13,707 bases of DNA. Source: a virus. Both the position numbers and the translations under genes were made by a program. The notes beneath the pieces are model-generated. The model searched no databases. It saw nothing but the letters and a program-made list of their open reading frames with translations, and was not told the origin of the DNA. Shown here in pieces: positions 1 through 7,400 of the stretch. Each line of letters opens with the position of its first letter. Within the stretch, counting starts at the first letter, position 1. The DNA is taken from UHGV virus genome UHGV-1773340. The stretch is one strand, 5' to 3'.

Positions 1-114
1 GGGATGGCGGCGGCACAGGGGGCCAAGACGCTAAGCGAAGCTAAAACTTCGGATCCGAGTGTGTTGTCAGCTATGGCGAATGCAGTTAGTGGTCAGGGTG
101 GGCAATCACAATGA
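1..114 (+). CDS. 3' end of an upstream gene that runs off the window start; probably portal protein C-terminus (5'-truncated here)
   Basis: Frame 1 is open from position 1 to the TGA at 112..114 (…GMAAAQGAKTLSEAKTSDPSVLSAMANAVSGQGGQSQ*). The stop overlaps the ATG of the next gene (ATGA at 111..114). The portal call is inferred only from its position upstream of scaffold and capsid. Confidence 0.45.
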   Translation, partial: GMAAAQGAKTLSEAKTSDPSVLSAMANAVSGQGGQSQ

Positions 115-407
115 CAGATTACGAAGACGATCAACTGAAAGAAGAAAACGCCCGTAAGCAACGTGACATGGCGCAGCGTGAAATTGATGACATTCGCTTT
201 GTCATGAGCAGTGAACAGGGACGTCGCGTTGTCTGGTCGGTGCTGGAGAAAGGCCGTGTGTTTTCCGCTATCTCACCGATGGACGCTATGGCAATGGCAT
301 TTAATGAGGGGCAACGCAATCTGGCGCTGGAACTGTTTCAGCGCGTTATGGCGCATTGCCCTGAACAGTATTTGAAGATGGCCAAAGAGGCCAGTGAACA
401 GGAGTGA
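111..407 (+). CDS. small 98-aa phage protein of unknown function, between the upstream (portal?) gene and the scaffolding gene
   Basis: Complete ORF with an ATG start overlapping the upstream stop. Charged, helical-looking composition. From memory it resembles the small Bbp19-like proteins of BPP-1-type phages; this is unverified. Confidence 0.6.
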   Translation: MTDYEDDQLKEENARKQRDMAQREIDDIRFVMSSEQGRRVVWSVLEKGRVFSAISPMDAMAMAFNEGQRNLALELFQRVMAHCPEQYLKMAKEASEQE

Positions 408-409
408 TC

Positions 410-1105
410 ATGAATTTATTTGAGCGTTTGCTGTATCGCCGTCTTTGCAATGAGCAACAAGTCGATGGTGGGGCAGCTCCGGCTGCGTCAGAACCGTCAG
501 CGCATGCAGGTGATAACCCTGCTCCAGCTGGTGATCCATCACAACAGGAAGGTGATAAGCCACAACCTGTTGTTGATGTCGATAAACCTGATGATGAAAA
601 AAAATCTGAAAACGATAAACAGGGTGAAAAAAAGGACGGCGATAAACCAGATGGTGCGCCGGAGAAGTACGAATTTCATGCTGCCGAAGGCGTAGAGCTG
701 GATACAGAAGCGTTGAAGGAATTCGAGCCGGTGGCGCGAGAACTTAACCTGACCAACGAGCAAGCGCAAAAGCTGGTTGATGCTTATCCGAAGATTCTGG
801 CAGGTGTTCAGCAGCGCCAGGCAGAAGCCTGGCAGAAAACAACCGAGCAGTGGGCTGCGGATGTAAAAGCTGACAAAGAAATCGGTGGCGACAAGTTGAT
901 TTCTAACCTTAGCGTCGCACAGCGTGCGCTTGACCAGTTCGGGACACCTGAACTCAAAGAATATCTGAACACCACCGGGCTGGGTAATCACCCTGATCTG
1001 GTCAAAACGTTCGTGAAAATCGGAAAGGCGATGTCTGAAGATGGCATGGTCACCGGTGGTAATGAAGGCCAGCGTAGTGCGGCCGAAGTGCTCTATGGCA
1101 AATAA
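410..1105 (+). CDS. putative scaffolding protein (231 aa)
   Basis: Sits immediately upstream of the major capsid gene. AGGAG at 400..404 lies 5 nt before the ATG at 410; the track's GTG at 404 is less likely. The N-terminal third is acidic, Pro/Lys/Asp/Glu-rich and low-complexity, followed by helical Gln/Ala/Glu-rich segments, as is typical of scaffolding proteins. Confidence 0.6.
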   Translation: MNLFERLLYRRLCNEQQVDGGAAPAASEPSAHAGDNPAPAGDPSQQEGDKPQPVVDVDKPDDEKKSENDKQGEKKDGDKPDGAPEKYEFHAAEGVELDTEALKEFEPVARELNLTNEQAQKLVDAYPKILAGVQQRQAEAWQKTTEQWAADVKADKEIGGDKLISNLSVAQRALDQFGTPELKEYLNTTGLGNHPDLVKTFVKIGKAMSEDGMVTGGNEGQRSAAEVLYGK

Positions 1106-1119
1106 GAGAGGAAATGACA

Positions 1120-2106
1120 ATGGCTGTTAAAGGCTTAACTGCGCTAACGCTGGCTGACTGGGGTAAGCGCGTCGATCCAAACGGGAAAGTCGATAAGATT
1201 ATCGAGCTTCTCGGTCAAACAAACCCGATCCTTCAGGATATGCCTTTTGTCGAAGGGAACCTTCCTACCGGACACCGAACCACCATTCGTTCTGGTTTAC
1301 CTTCAGCTACCTGGCGTTTGCTGAACTATGGCGTACAGCCAAGCAAATCAACCACAGTGCAGGTCACCGATTCCGTTGGCATGTTGGAAACCTATGCTGA
1401 AGTCGATAAGTCACTGGCTGATCTGAACGGTAATACCGCCGAATTCCGCCTGTCTGAAGACCGCGCATTTATTGAAGCGATGAATCAGCAGATGGCGCAG
1501 ACGTTGTTTTATGGTGATTCCAGCGTTAACCCTCAGCAGTTTATGGGATTGTCCTCCCGCTATTCCAGCCTGTCTGCGGGTAATGCTCAGAACATTATTG
1601 ATGCTGGTGGCACGGGTACAGATAACACCTCAATCTGGTTAGTGGTGTGGGGCGAAAACACCGTGCATGGCATCTTCCCGAAAGGGCAGAAGGCTGGCAT
1701 CCAGATGGAAGATAAAGGCCAGGTGACACTGGAAGATGCGAATGGCGGCAAGTACGAAGGCTACCGTACCCATTACAAATGGGACAACGGACTTGCTCTG
1801 CGTGACTGGCGTTATGTTGTTCGCATTGCAAACATCGATGTCAGCAATCTTTCAGAACCTTCCTCTGCCGCAAATATTGCGAAGTTGATGGTTAAAGCAC
1901 TGCATCGCATTCCAAACCGTGGCATGGGCCGCCCGGTGTTCTACATGAACCGCACTGTAGGCCAGGCTCTTGATCTACAGTCTCTGGAGAAAACATCTCT
2001 GGCTATCAGCGTAAAAGAGACTGAAGGCGAGTGGTGGACTTCATTCCGTGGTGTACCAATCCGTGAAACTGACGCACTTCTGGAAACAGAAGCCCGCGTG
2101 GTGTAA
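1120..2106 (+). CDS. major capsid protein (HK97-fold type), about 328 aa
   Basis: About 330 aa, directly after the scaffold gene, with the size and composition of podovirus major capsid proteins. GAGAGGA at 1106..1112 is better spaced for the ATG at 1120 than for the track's ATG at 1114, which remains an alternative. A stem-loop follows the stop. Confidence 0.75.
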   Translation: MAVKGLTALTLADWGKRVDPNGKVDKIIELLGQTNPILQDMPFVEGNLPTGHRTTIRSGLPSATWRLLNYGVQPSKSTTVQVTDSVGMLETYAEVDKSLADLNGNTAEFRLSEDRAFIEAMNQQMAQTLFYGDSSVNPQQFMGLSSRYSSLSAGNAQNIIDAGGTGTDNTSIWLVVWGENTVHGIFPKGQKAGIQMEDKGQVTLEDANGGKYEGYRTHYKWDNGLALRDWRYVVRIANIDVSNLSEPSSAANIAKLMVKALHRIPNRGMGRPVFYMNRTVGQALDLQSLEKTSLAISVKETEGEWWTSFRGVPIRETDALLETEARVV

Positions 2107-2122
2107 CGCCTGTTATTAACCT

Positions 2123-2142
2123 GTGGGCCGCAACAGGCCCAC
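2123..2142 (+). promoter_or_regulatory. perfect 7-bp stem-loop (GTGGGCC-GCAACA-GGCCCAC) in the capsid/next-gene intergenic region; possible mRNA processing or stability element or attenuator
   Basis: Inverted repeat read directly: 2123..2129 pairs with 2136..2142 around a 6-nt loop. There is no U-tract after it, so it is not a canonical intrinsic terminator. Confidence 0.4.
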
Positions 2143-2157
2143 TAATGGAGAAAGAAG

Positions 2158-2595
2158 ATGATCACCGACAAACTGTTGATGTTCTCCGAAGCACAGGCGG
2201 TAACTGATACCGCGGCTTCTACTGACGTAATCGATCTCGGTCCAATTGACGGAAACCGTCGCGATATCGGTGTGGGTTACCCGCTTGAGTTTTGGGTGCT
2301 GGTTAACGAAGCCGCCACGGCAAGTGGTGAGGCAACTGTAAACATCCAGTTGCAGACGAGTGAGAATAACAGCTCATGGTCCACTATTTATGATAGTGGC
2401 GCACTGGCAAAGGCTACCCTGACAGCAGGTAAACGAGTTGTTTCTGCAAAGGTGCCTGCCGGTGTTCAGCGATATCTGCGTGTTAACTACTCCGTCGCAA
2501 CTGGCCCACTAACGGCCGGCAAATTCACTGCGGGTATCAGTCTGGATGTTGATGCCAATACGCCGTACCCGATCCGCTCAAAAGTAACTGGTTAA
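2158..2595 (+). CDS. 145-aa protein; candidate capsid decoration/cement protein
   Basis: GGAG at 2147..2150 lies 7 nt before the ATG at 2158. It is immediately downstream of the capsid gene and has a Thr/Ser/Ala/Gly/Val-rich, beta-type composition. The functional call is by position and size only. Confidence 0.65.
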   Translation: MITDKLLMFSEAQAVTDTAASTDVIDLGPIDGNRRDIGVGYPLEFWVLVNEAATASGEATVNIQLQTSENNSSWSTIYDSGALAKATLTAGKRVVSAKVPAGVQRYLRVNYSVATGPLTAGKFTAGISLDVDANTPYPIRSKVTG

Positions 2596-2605
2596 GGTGA
2601 TATCG

Positions 2606-2941
2606 ATGTCAGGTAAGAAACCAAGATACCGCGTTCTGCGCCTCTCTCATATCCATAACACACTGTGGCAGGAGGGGGCAGAAATCGAATACGAAGGTGA
2701 GCCTGGTAGCGCACTGGAACCTGTTAACGATGCAGCCAGACAGGCAAAAGCAAAGGTAGCAGGAAAGGTGTCTATGGCAGCAACCAGCACCAAAATCATC
2801 AACGATGTGTCAGATGATGGTGAACTGGATAAGCTCCGTGAAGAGTACGAATTGCTCTTTAACGAGAAGCCACACCATAACGCTAAAGCCGAAACGATCC
2901 GCGAGAAGATCGCAGATAAGCGTAAAGAACTGGGCGTGTAA
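2606..2941 (+). CDS. hypothetical highly charged small virion-module protein (111 aa)
   Basis: ATG at 2606 is preceded by AAGGTGA at 2594..2600; the track's GTG at 2597 is less likely. Lys/Glu/Arg-rich. Followed by a terminator-like hairpin. Confidence 0.55.
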   Translation: MSGKKPRYRVLRLSHIHNTLWQEGAEIEYEGEPGSALEPVNDAARQAKAKVAGKVSMAATSTKIINDVSDDGELDKLREEYELLFNEKPHHNAKAETIREKIADKRKELGV

Positions 2942-2957
2942 GCCTCGCGAATCCGAC

Positions 2958-2980
2958 AAGGGGCTTCGGCCCCTTTATTG
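2958..2980 (+). terminator. candidate rho-independent terminator or attenuator (AAGGGGC-TTCG-GCCCCTT followed by TATTG)
   Basis: A 7-bp stem with five G:C pairs and a TTCG tetraloop (2958..2975), followed by a T-rich tail to 2980. It starts 16 nt after the TAA at 2939..2941. Confidence 0.5.
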
Positions 2981-2991
2981 CAGGAGTGTAT

Positions 2992-3315
2992 ATGGAACTC
3001 GTAAACCTCAAAACCGGCACTGACAGCTACCAGGATGAGAGCGGAGAAACCAGAACTCGCGATGAATACCCGTGGGGGCTGTGCATCACTCTTAATAACG
3101 ACACATTGAATAAGCTGAAGGCGCAACCTCAGGGCGTCGGAACAGAAGTGATGATAACTGCAAAGGCTGTTATTCGAGGCCTGTCTGCCAGAGAAACTGA
3201 CGATGGTGTTAATCGCAGCGCCGATCTGCAGATCACTGATATGGCGATCGCTCCTGTTTCCGGGGATGTAGAAAAATCAGCGGCTGAAACTCTGTACGGT
3301 AACGGAGGTGAGTGA
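2992..3315 (+). CDS. hypothetical 107-aa protein; its C-terminus shares the SAAE-x-LYG motif with the scaffolding protein
   Basis: AGGAG at 2982..2986 lies 5 nt before the ATG at 2992; the track's GTG at 2986 is less likely. The stop TGA at 3313..3315 overlaps the next start. Confidence 0.6.
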   Translation: MELVNLKTGTDSYQDESGETRTRDEYPWGLCITLNNDTLNKLKAQPQGVGTEVMITAKAVIRGLSARETDDGVNRSADLQITDMAIAPVSGDVEKSAAETLYGNGGE

Positions 3316-3920
3316 TGGCCTCTGTAGTAGAGATCTGTAATCGTGCGCTGTCCAATATTGGCAATAGCCGCAGCATTAACAGCCTGACGGAAGCCAGCAA
3401 GGAAGCGGGGGAATGTTCGCTGCACTTTGAGGCCTGCCGTGATGCTGTGCTTTCTGATTTTGACTGGAACTTTGCTACCAAACGCGTGGCGCTTGCAGAT
3501 ACGAGCAATCCACCGCCTGACTGGGAATATGCGTACCAGTACCCGTCCGATTGTCTGCGCATTACTGAAATTATGCTTCCTGGTGTACGCAATCCAACAG
3601 CAGCAATGCGCGTTCAGTACGAAGTTGGTGCAGACACCAACGGAACAGGAAAATTGATCTATACAGACCAGCCGCAGGCATGGCTCAAGTATGTCTCTCG
3701 CGTTTCAGATGTGAACATGTTTGATGCCATTTTTATGGAGGCGCTGGCCTGGCGTCTTGCGGCAGCCATTAACATGGCGCTGACTGGGAATGCGGATCTC
3801 GGTACATTTGCTCTCAATATGTACAATCGCGTGATTCTTAGTGCTGGTTCGCATAGCCAGAATGAATCACAGGAACCACAGCCACCGGTTGACGAGTTTA
3901 CCATTGCGAGGTTGTCCTGA
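3315..3920 (+). CDS. tail tubular protein A-like (T7 gp11-like adaptor/gatekeeper), 201 aa
   Basis: About 200 aa, immediately upstream of an ~820-aa protein, matching the gp11/gp12 pairing. GGAGGTG at 3304..3310 precedes the ATG at 3315 (TGATG overlap). The N-terminal pattern recalls T7 gp11 from memory. Confidence 0.6.
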   Translation: MASVVEICNRALSNIGNSRSINSLTEASKEAGECSLHFEACRDAVLSDFDWNFATKRVALADTSNPPPDWEYAYQYPSDCLRITEIMLPGVRNPTAAMRVQYEVGADTNGTGKLIYTDQPQAWLKYVSRVSDVNMFDAIFMEALAWRLAAAINMALTGNADLGTFALNMYNRVILSAGSHSQNESQEPQPPVDEFTIARLS

Positions 3921-6391
3921 TGGCTATCAGTTGGATCCAGCCCAGCTTTGCTGGTGGTGAGATTGGACCGTCGTTGTACGGTCGTATCGACATGGCGAAG
4001 TACCAGGTGGCATTGCGCAAGTGCGATAACTTTATCGTGCGGCAGTATGGCGGCGTTGAGAATCGACCTGGTACGCGTTTTGTCGGTGCCGCCAAATACC
4101 CAAATCGGAAATGCCGCCTGATCCCGTTCCAGTTCTCGACGGTTCAGACTTATGCTCTGGAGTTCGGACACCAGTACATGCGCGTTATCAAAGATGGTGC
4201 GTTGGTGCTGAACAGCAGCAATGTTATTTATGAAATTGCCACGCCATATACTGAAGCCGATCTGTTCCGAATTAAATTCACGCAAAGCGCAGACGTGCTT
4301 ACGCTTGTTCATCCGGCATACCCGCCGAAAGAGTTGCGTCGCTATGCGCATGACAACTGGCAACTGGTTGATGTGGTAACGAAGAACGGACCATTTGAAG
4401 ATATCAATATTGACGAGTCAGTGACGGTTTATGCCAGCGCCAGCACCGGGACAATTACGTTAACGGCAAGCGCCTCTATTTTTGGCGCGGAGCAGGTAGG
4501 CAAATTGTTCTATCTGGAACAGCCTGCAGTGGATTCAGTGCCGGTATGGGAAACCAGTAAGAGTACGTCGATTGGCGATATTCGCCGTGCAGACAGTAAC
4601 TACTATCGCGCCGTTACAGCAGGCAAAACAGGTACTTTGCGCCCTTCGCATACAGAAGGCACATCATGGGATGGCTGGGGCGGATCCGGTGATGATGATA
4701 CTGGTATTGAGTGGGAATATCTGCACAGTGGTTTTGGCATTGCCCGTATCACTGCTGCAAATGGAACTACTGCAACTGCCGAGGTGATTTCCTATATCCC
4801 TTCGCAGGTCGTTGGCGAGGATAATGCCAGCTATAAATGGGCTAAATATGCCTGGAACAGTGTTAATGGTTATCCTGGCACTGTTGTTTATTATCAACAA
4901 CGTCTTTACTTCGCCGCATCGACTGCGTTCCCTCAGACTATCTGGGCCAGCCGTACCGGGGATTATAAGGATTTTGGCAAAAGCAATCCTACGCAGGATG
5001 ACGACAGAATTATCTACACCTATGCCGGGCGTCAGGTTAATGAGATCCGCCACCTGATTGATGTTGGTTCGCTGGTGGCGCTGACTTCCGGAGGTGAGTA
5101 CGTCATCACCGGCGACCAGAACAAAGTATTAACCCCATCATCATTTGCATTCAGCTCTCAGGGATCAAATGGCTCGAGCAATGTCCCACCAATTGCCGTG
5201 GCGAATATTGCTCTGTTCGTCCAGGAGAAAGGCAGTGTTGTCCGTGATCTGGCCTACTCATTCGATGTTGACGGCTATCAGGGGAACGACCTGACCATCC
5301 TTGCTAATCATCTTTTTCAGAAGCACAGCATCGTTGACTGGTGCTTCTCTATTGTCCCTTACTCCAGCGCCTTCTGCATTCGTGATGACGGTAAATTACT
5401 GGTGATGACCTATTTGCGTGATCAACAGGTTTTTGCATGGGCACCACAGTCCAGTACCGGAAAATATGAAAGCACATGCAGTATCAGCGAAGGAAATGAA
5501 GATGCGGTGTATTTCGTCGTTAACCGAACCGTTAACGGGCAAACAGTGAGATACATCGAGCGGCTGTCCAGCCGTTTATTTACCAGCGATGAAGATGCTT
5601 TCTTTGTTGATTCTGGCCTTAGCTATGATGGAAGAAATACGTCTGACAGAACGATGACCATCACTGGTGGTTCTGGTGAATGGGATTACCGTGCGGAATA
5701 TACAATCAGTGTTTCTGGTGGTGCGTACTTCACCAGTAGTGATGTCGGCGCGCAACTACAGTTCCCTTATACCGGAACTGTTCCTGATACTGGCGATGAA
5801 GTGTCAAAAGAATTACGTTGCGACATTATTTCTGTAACCAGCAATACCGCTGTAGTGGTTCGTGCTAACAGGAACGTCCCGCCATCCCTCAGGAGTGTGG
5901 CCACCACGAACTGGCAGATGGCGCGCCGGACATTTGGAGGCCTGTCTCATCTTGAAGGCCAGGCCGTAAACATTCTCTCTGATGCGAACGTGGAACCACA
6001 GAAAGTGGTTTCCGGAGGTGCCGTCACGCTGGAATCTCCGGGGGCTGTAGTGCACATCGGCCTGCCAATAACTGCTGAATTCGAAACACTGGATATCAAC
6101 ATTAACGGACAGGAAACGCTGCTGGATAAAAAACAGGTAACCCCCTCCGTTACTCTGGTTGTGAATGCCAGTCGCGGCATCTGGGCGACTACGCCCGGCG
6201 GTAAATGGTACGAATATCCACAGCGTGAATTCGAGTTCTACGATGATCCTGTTGATGATGCTACCGGAAAAGTAGAAGTGAAACTGGACAGTAACTGGGG
6301 CAAAAACGGACGTGTAAAAATCCGTCAGCTTGACCCGTTGCCGCTGTCTGTTCTTGCCGTTATTCCTCGCCTTACTGTTGGGGGATTCTGA
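3920..6391 (+). CDS. tail tubular protein B-like (T7 gp12-like nozzle), 823 aa
   Basis: 823 aa. The N-terminus (MAISWIQPSFAGGEIGPSLYGR…ENRPGTRF) resembles the remembered T7 gp12 N-terminus (…KNLKGGISQQP…LQKRPP…). Gene order and TGATG coupling to the previous gene support the call. Confidence 0.65.
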   Translation: MAISWIQPSFAGGEIGPSLYGRIDMAKYQVALRKCDNFIVRQYGGVENRPGTRFVGAAKYPNRKCRLIPFQFSTVQTYALEFGHQYMRVIKDGALVLNSSNVIYEIATPYTEADLFRIKFTQSADVLTLVHPAYPPKELRRYAHDNWQLVDVVTKNGPFEDINIDESVTVYASASTGTITLTASASIFGAEQVGKLFYLEQPAVDSVPVWETSKSTSIGDIRRADSNYYRAVTAGKTGTLRPSHTEGTSWDGWGGSGDDDTGIEWEYLHSGFGIARITAANGTTATAEVISYIPSQVVGEDNASYKWAKYAWNSVNGYPGTVVYYQQRLYFAASTAFPQTIWASRTGDYKDFGKSNPTQDDDRIIYTYAGRQVNEIRHLIDVGSLVALTSGGEYVITGDQNKVLTPSSFAFSSQGSNGSSNVPPIAVANIALFVQEKGSVVRDLAYSFDVDGYQGNDLTILANHLFQKHSIVDWCFSIVPYSSAFCIRDDGKLLVMTYLRDQQVFAWAPQSSTGKYESTCSISEGNEDAVYFVVNRTVNGQTVRYIERLSSRLFTSDEDAFFVDSGLSYDGRNTSDRTMTITGGSGEWDYRAEYTISVSGGAYFTSSDVGAQLQFPYTGTVPDTGDEVSKELRCDIISVTSNTAVVVRANRNVPPSLRSVATTNWQMARRTFGGLSHLEGQAVNILSDANVEPQKVVSGGAVTLESPGAVVHIGLPITAEFETLDININGQETLLDKKQVTPSVTLVVNASRGIWATTPGGKWYEYPQREFEFYDDPVDDATGKVEVKLDSNWGKNGRVKIRQLDPLPLSVLAVIPRLTVGGF

Positions 6392-6855
6392 TGATCGATG
6401 TTCGAATTATTCCCGCCACCGAAGAGCATCTTCAGATGATTTTGCCGGATGTTCGTCAGGCTGATATTGACGAACTGTATGCGGTATCACTGATGACTAC
6501 CGAAGATGCGCTGCGTGTTGGTCTGCGTACTGCGACTATGGCCTGGTCAGGATTTGCGAACGGAGAACTGGTAACCATGTTTGGCGTATCTCCGGCGTCA
6601 ATGATCGGTGGCAATGGTACGCCCTGGCTGGTCGGAACCAGCCGTATTGAAAAATATCAGAAGACATTTCTTCGCCACTGCCGCCCGGTATTGCAGCAGA
6701 TGCTGGCAGTTTATCCGCGCCTGGAAAACTATGTCGACGAGCGAAACCATGTTGCCAAAGCATGGCTGCACTGGCTTGGATTCAGGCTTGAAGAAGCCGC
6801 GCCTTATGGTGCTCTTGGTCTTAATTTCCACAGATTTCACATGGAGAGAAAATAA
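6391..6855 (+). CDS. internal virion protein at the gp13 position, 154 aa; possible GNAT-like fold
   Basis: TGATG overlap with the previous gene. The C-terminal segment …ERNHVAKAWLHWLGFRLEE resembles the N-x-x-A-x-x-L-x-x-x-GF motif of acetyltransferase-type folds. This is a weak, motif-level observation. Confidence 0.55.
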   Translation: MIDVRIIPATEEHLQMILPDVRQADIDELYAVSLMTTEDALRVGLRTATMAWSGFANGELVTMFGVSPASMIGGNGTPWLVGTSRIEKYQKTFLRHCRPVLQQMLAVYPRLENYVDERNHVAKAWLHWLGFRLEEAAPYGALGLNFHRFHMERK

Positions 6856-7400
6856 TGTGCGATCCGGTTATTGCTGGTGGCGCAATGCTCGCCATGAGTG
6901 GCATTCAGGCATACACCCAGTACCAACAGGGAAAGTATGCCTCGAAGGTTGCAGAAGCGAACGCAGATATAGCCACAGCTCAGGCAAATGATGCAATAAA
7001 CAGAGGTAACGCTGAAGCTGAGCAACGGCGCAGAGAGACCCGACAGCGGCTTGGTACACAGGCGGCGACAATGGGGGCTACCGGCGCTGATTTATCTACA
7101 GGTAACGCGCTGGATATATTTGGCGACACTGCCCAGTTTGGCGCTCTTGATTCTCTGACGACGGTGAATAACGCGCAACGCGAGGCTTACGGTTATCAGG
7201 TTCAGGCTGCCAACTATAAAGCAGAAGCCAGTTCAGTCCGTAAACAGGGGAATGTGGGAGCAGCAACAACATTGCTCACTGCGCCTCTGAAGGCATACGG
7301 TGCGTACCAGATGTTTGGTGGGACGTGGAGTCCGTTTACTCAAAGCACCCCTGCGCCAATCGGGGCAGCAGCAGGAACCAGATTACCCGGAGGATTATAA
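6855..7400 (+). CDS. internal virion protein B-like (T7 gp14-like), 181 aa
   Basis: The N-terminus [20 protein letters not shown]… recalls the T7 gp14 N-terminus (MC…I…SGAQA…). The protein is Ala/Gly/Gln-rich, about the same size as gp14, and in the gp14 position. GGAGAG at 6843..6848 precedes the start; TAATG overlap. Confidence 0.6.
   Translation: MCDPVIAGGAMLAMSGIQAYTQYQQGKYASKVAEANADIATAQANDAINRGNAEAEQRRRETRQRLGTQAATMGATGADLSTGNALDIFGDTAQFGALDSLTTVNNAQREAYGYQVQAANYKAEASSVRKQGNVGAATTLLTAPLKAYGAYQMFGGTWSPFTQSTPAPIGAAAGTRLPGGL

Noticed and set aside
539-1120. 193-aa minus-strand ORF antisense to the scaffolding gene
   Set aside because: It lies entirely within a well-supported plus-strand gene. 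Its Phe/Leu/Ile/Arg-rich translation is typical of a shadow ORF antisense to a Lys/Glu/Asp-rich gene. It has no convincing RBS or operon context.
2123-2142. Intrinsic terminator call for the post-capsid hairpin
   Set aside because: The stem is perfect but no U-rich tract follows (the sequence after it is TAATGGAG), so it is reported as a regulatory or processing stem-loop and not as a terminator.
2647-3126. 159-aa minus-strand ORF crossing the terminator-like hairpin region
   Set aside because: It overlaps two plus-strand genes and the intergenic hairpin. Its Ser/Ala-rich low-complexity translation is consistent with a non-coding frame.
3659-4363. 234-aa minus-strand ORF spanning the tail tubular A/B junction
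   Set aside because: It is antisense to two translationally coupled plus-strand genes, has unremarkable composition and no independent expression signals. It is most likely a chance open frame.
7325-7399. Upstream extension of the 938-aa ORF as given in the ORF track (start at 7325)
   Set aside because: It would overlap the preceding gene by 75 nt. The ATG at 7400 has a strong GGAGGA RBS and the TAATG stop/start overlap seen at other junctions in this operon.
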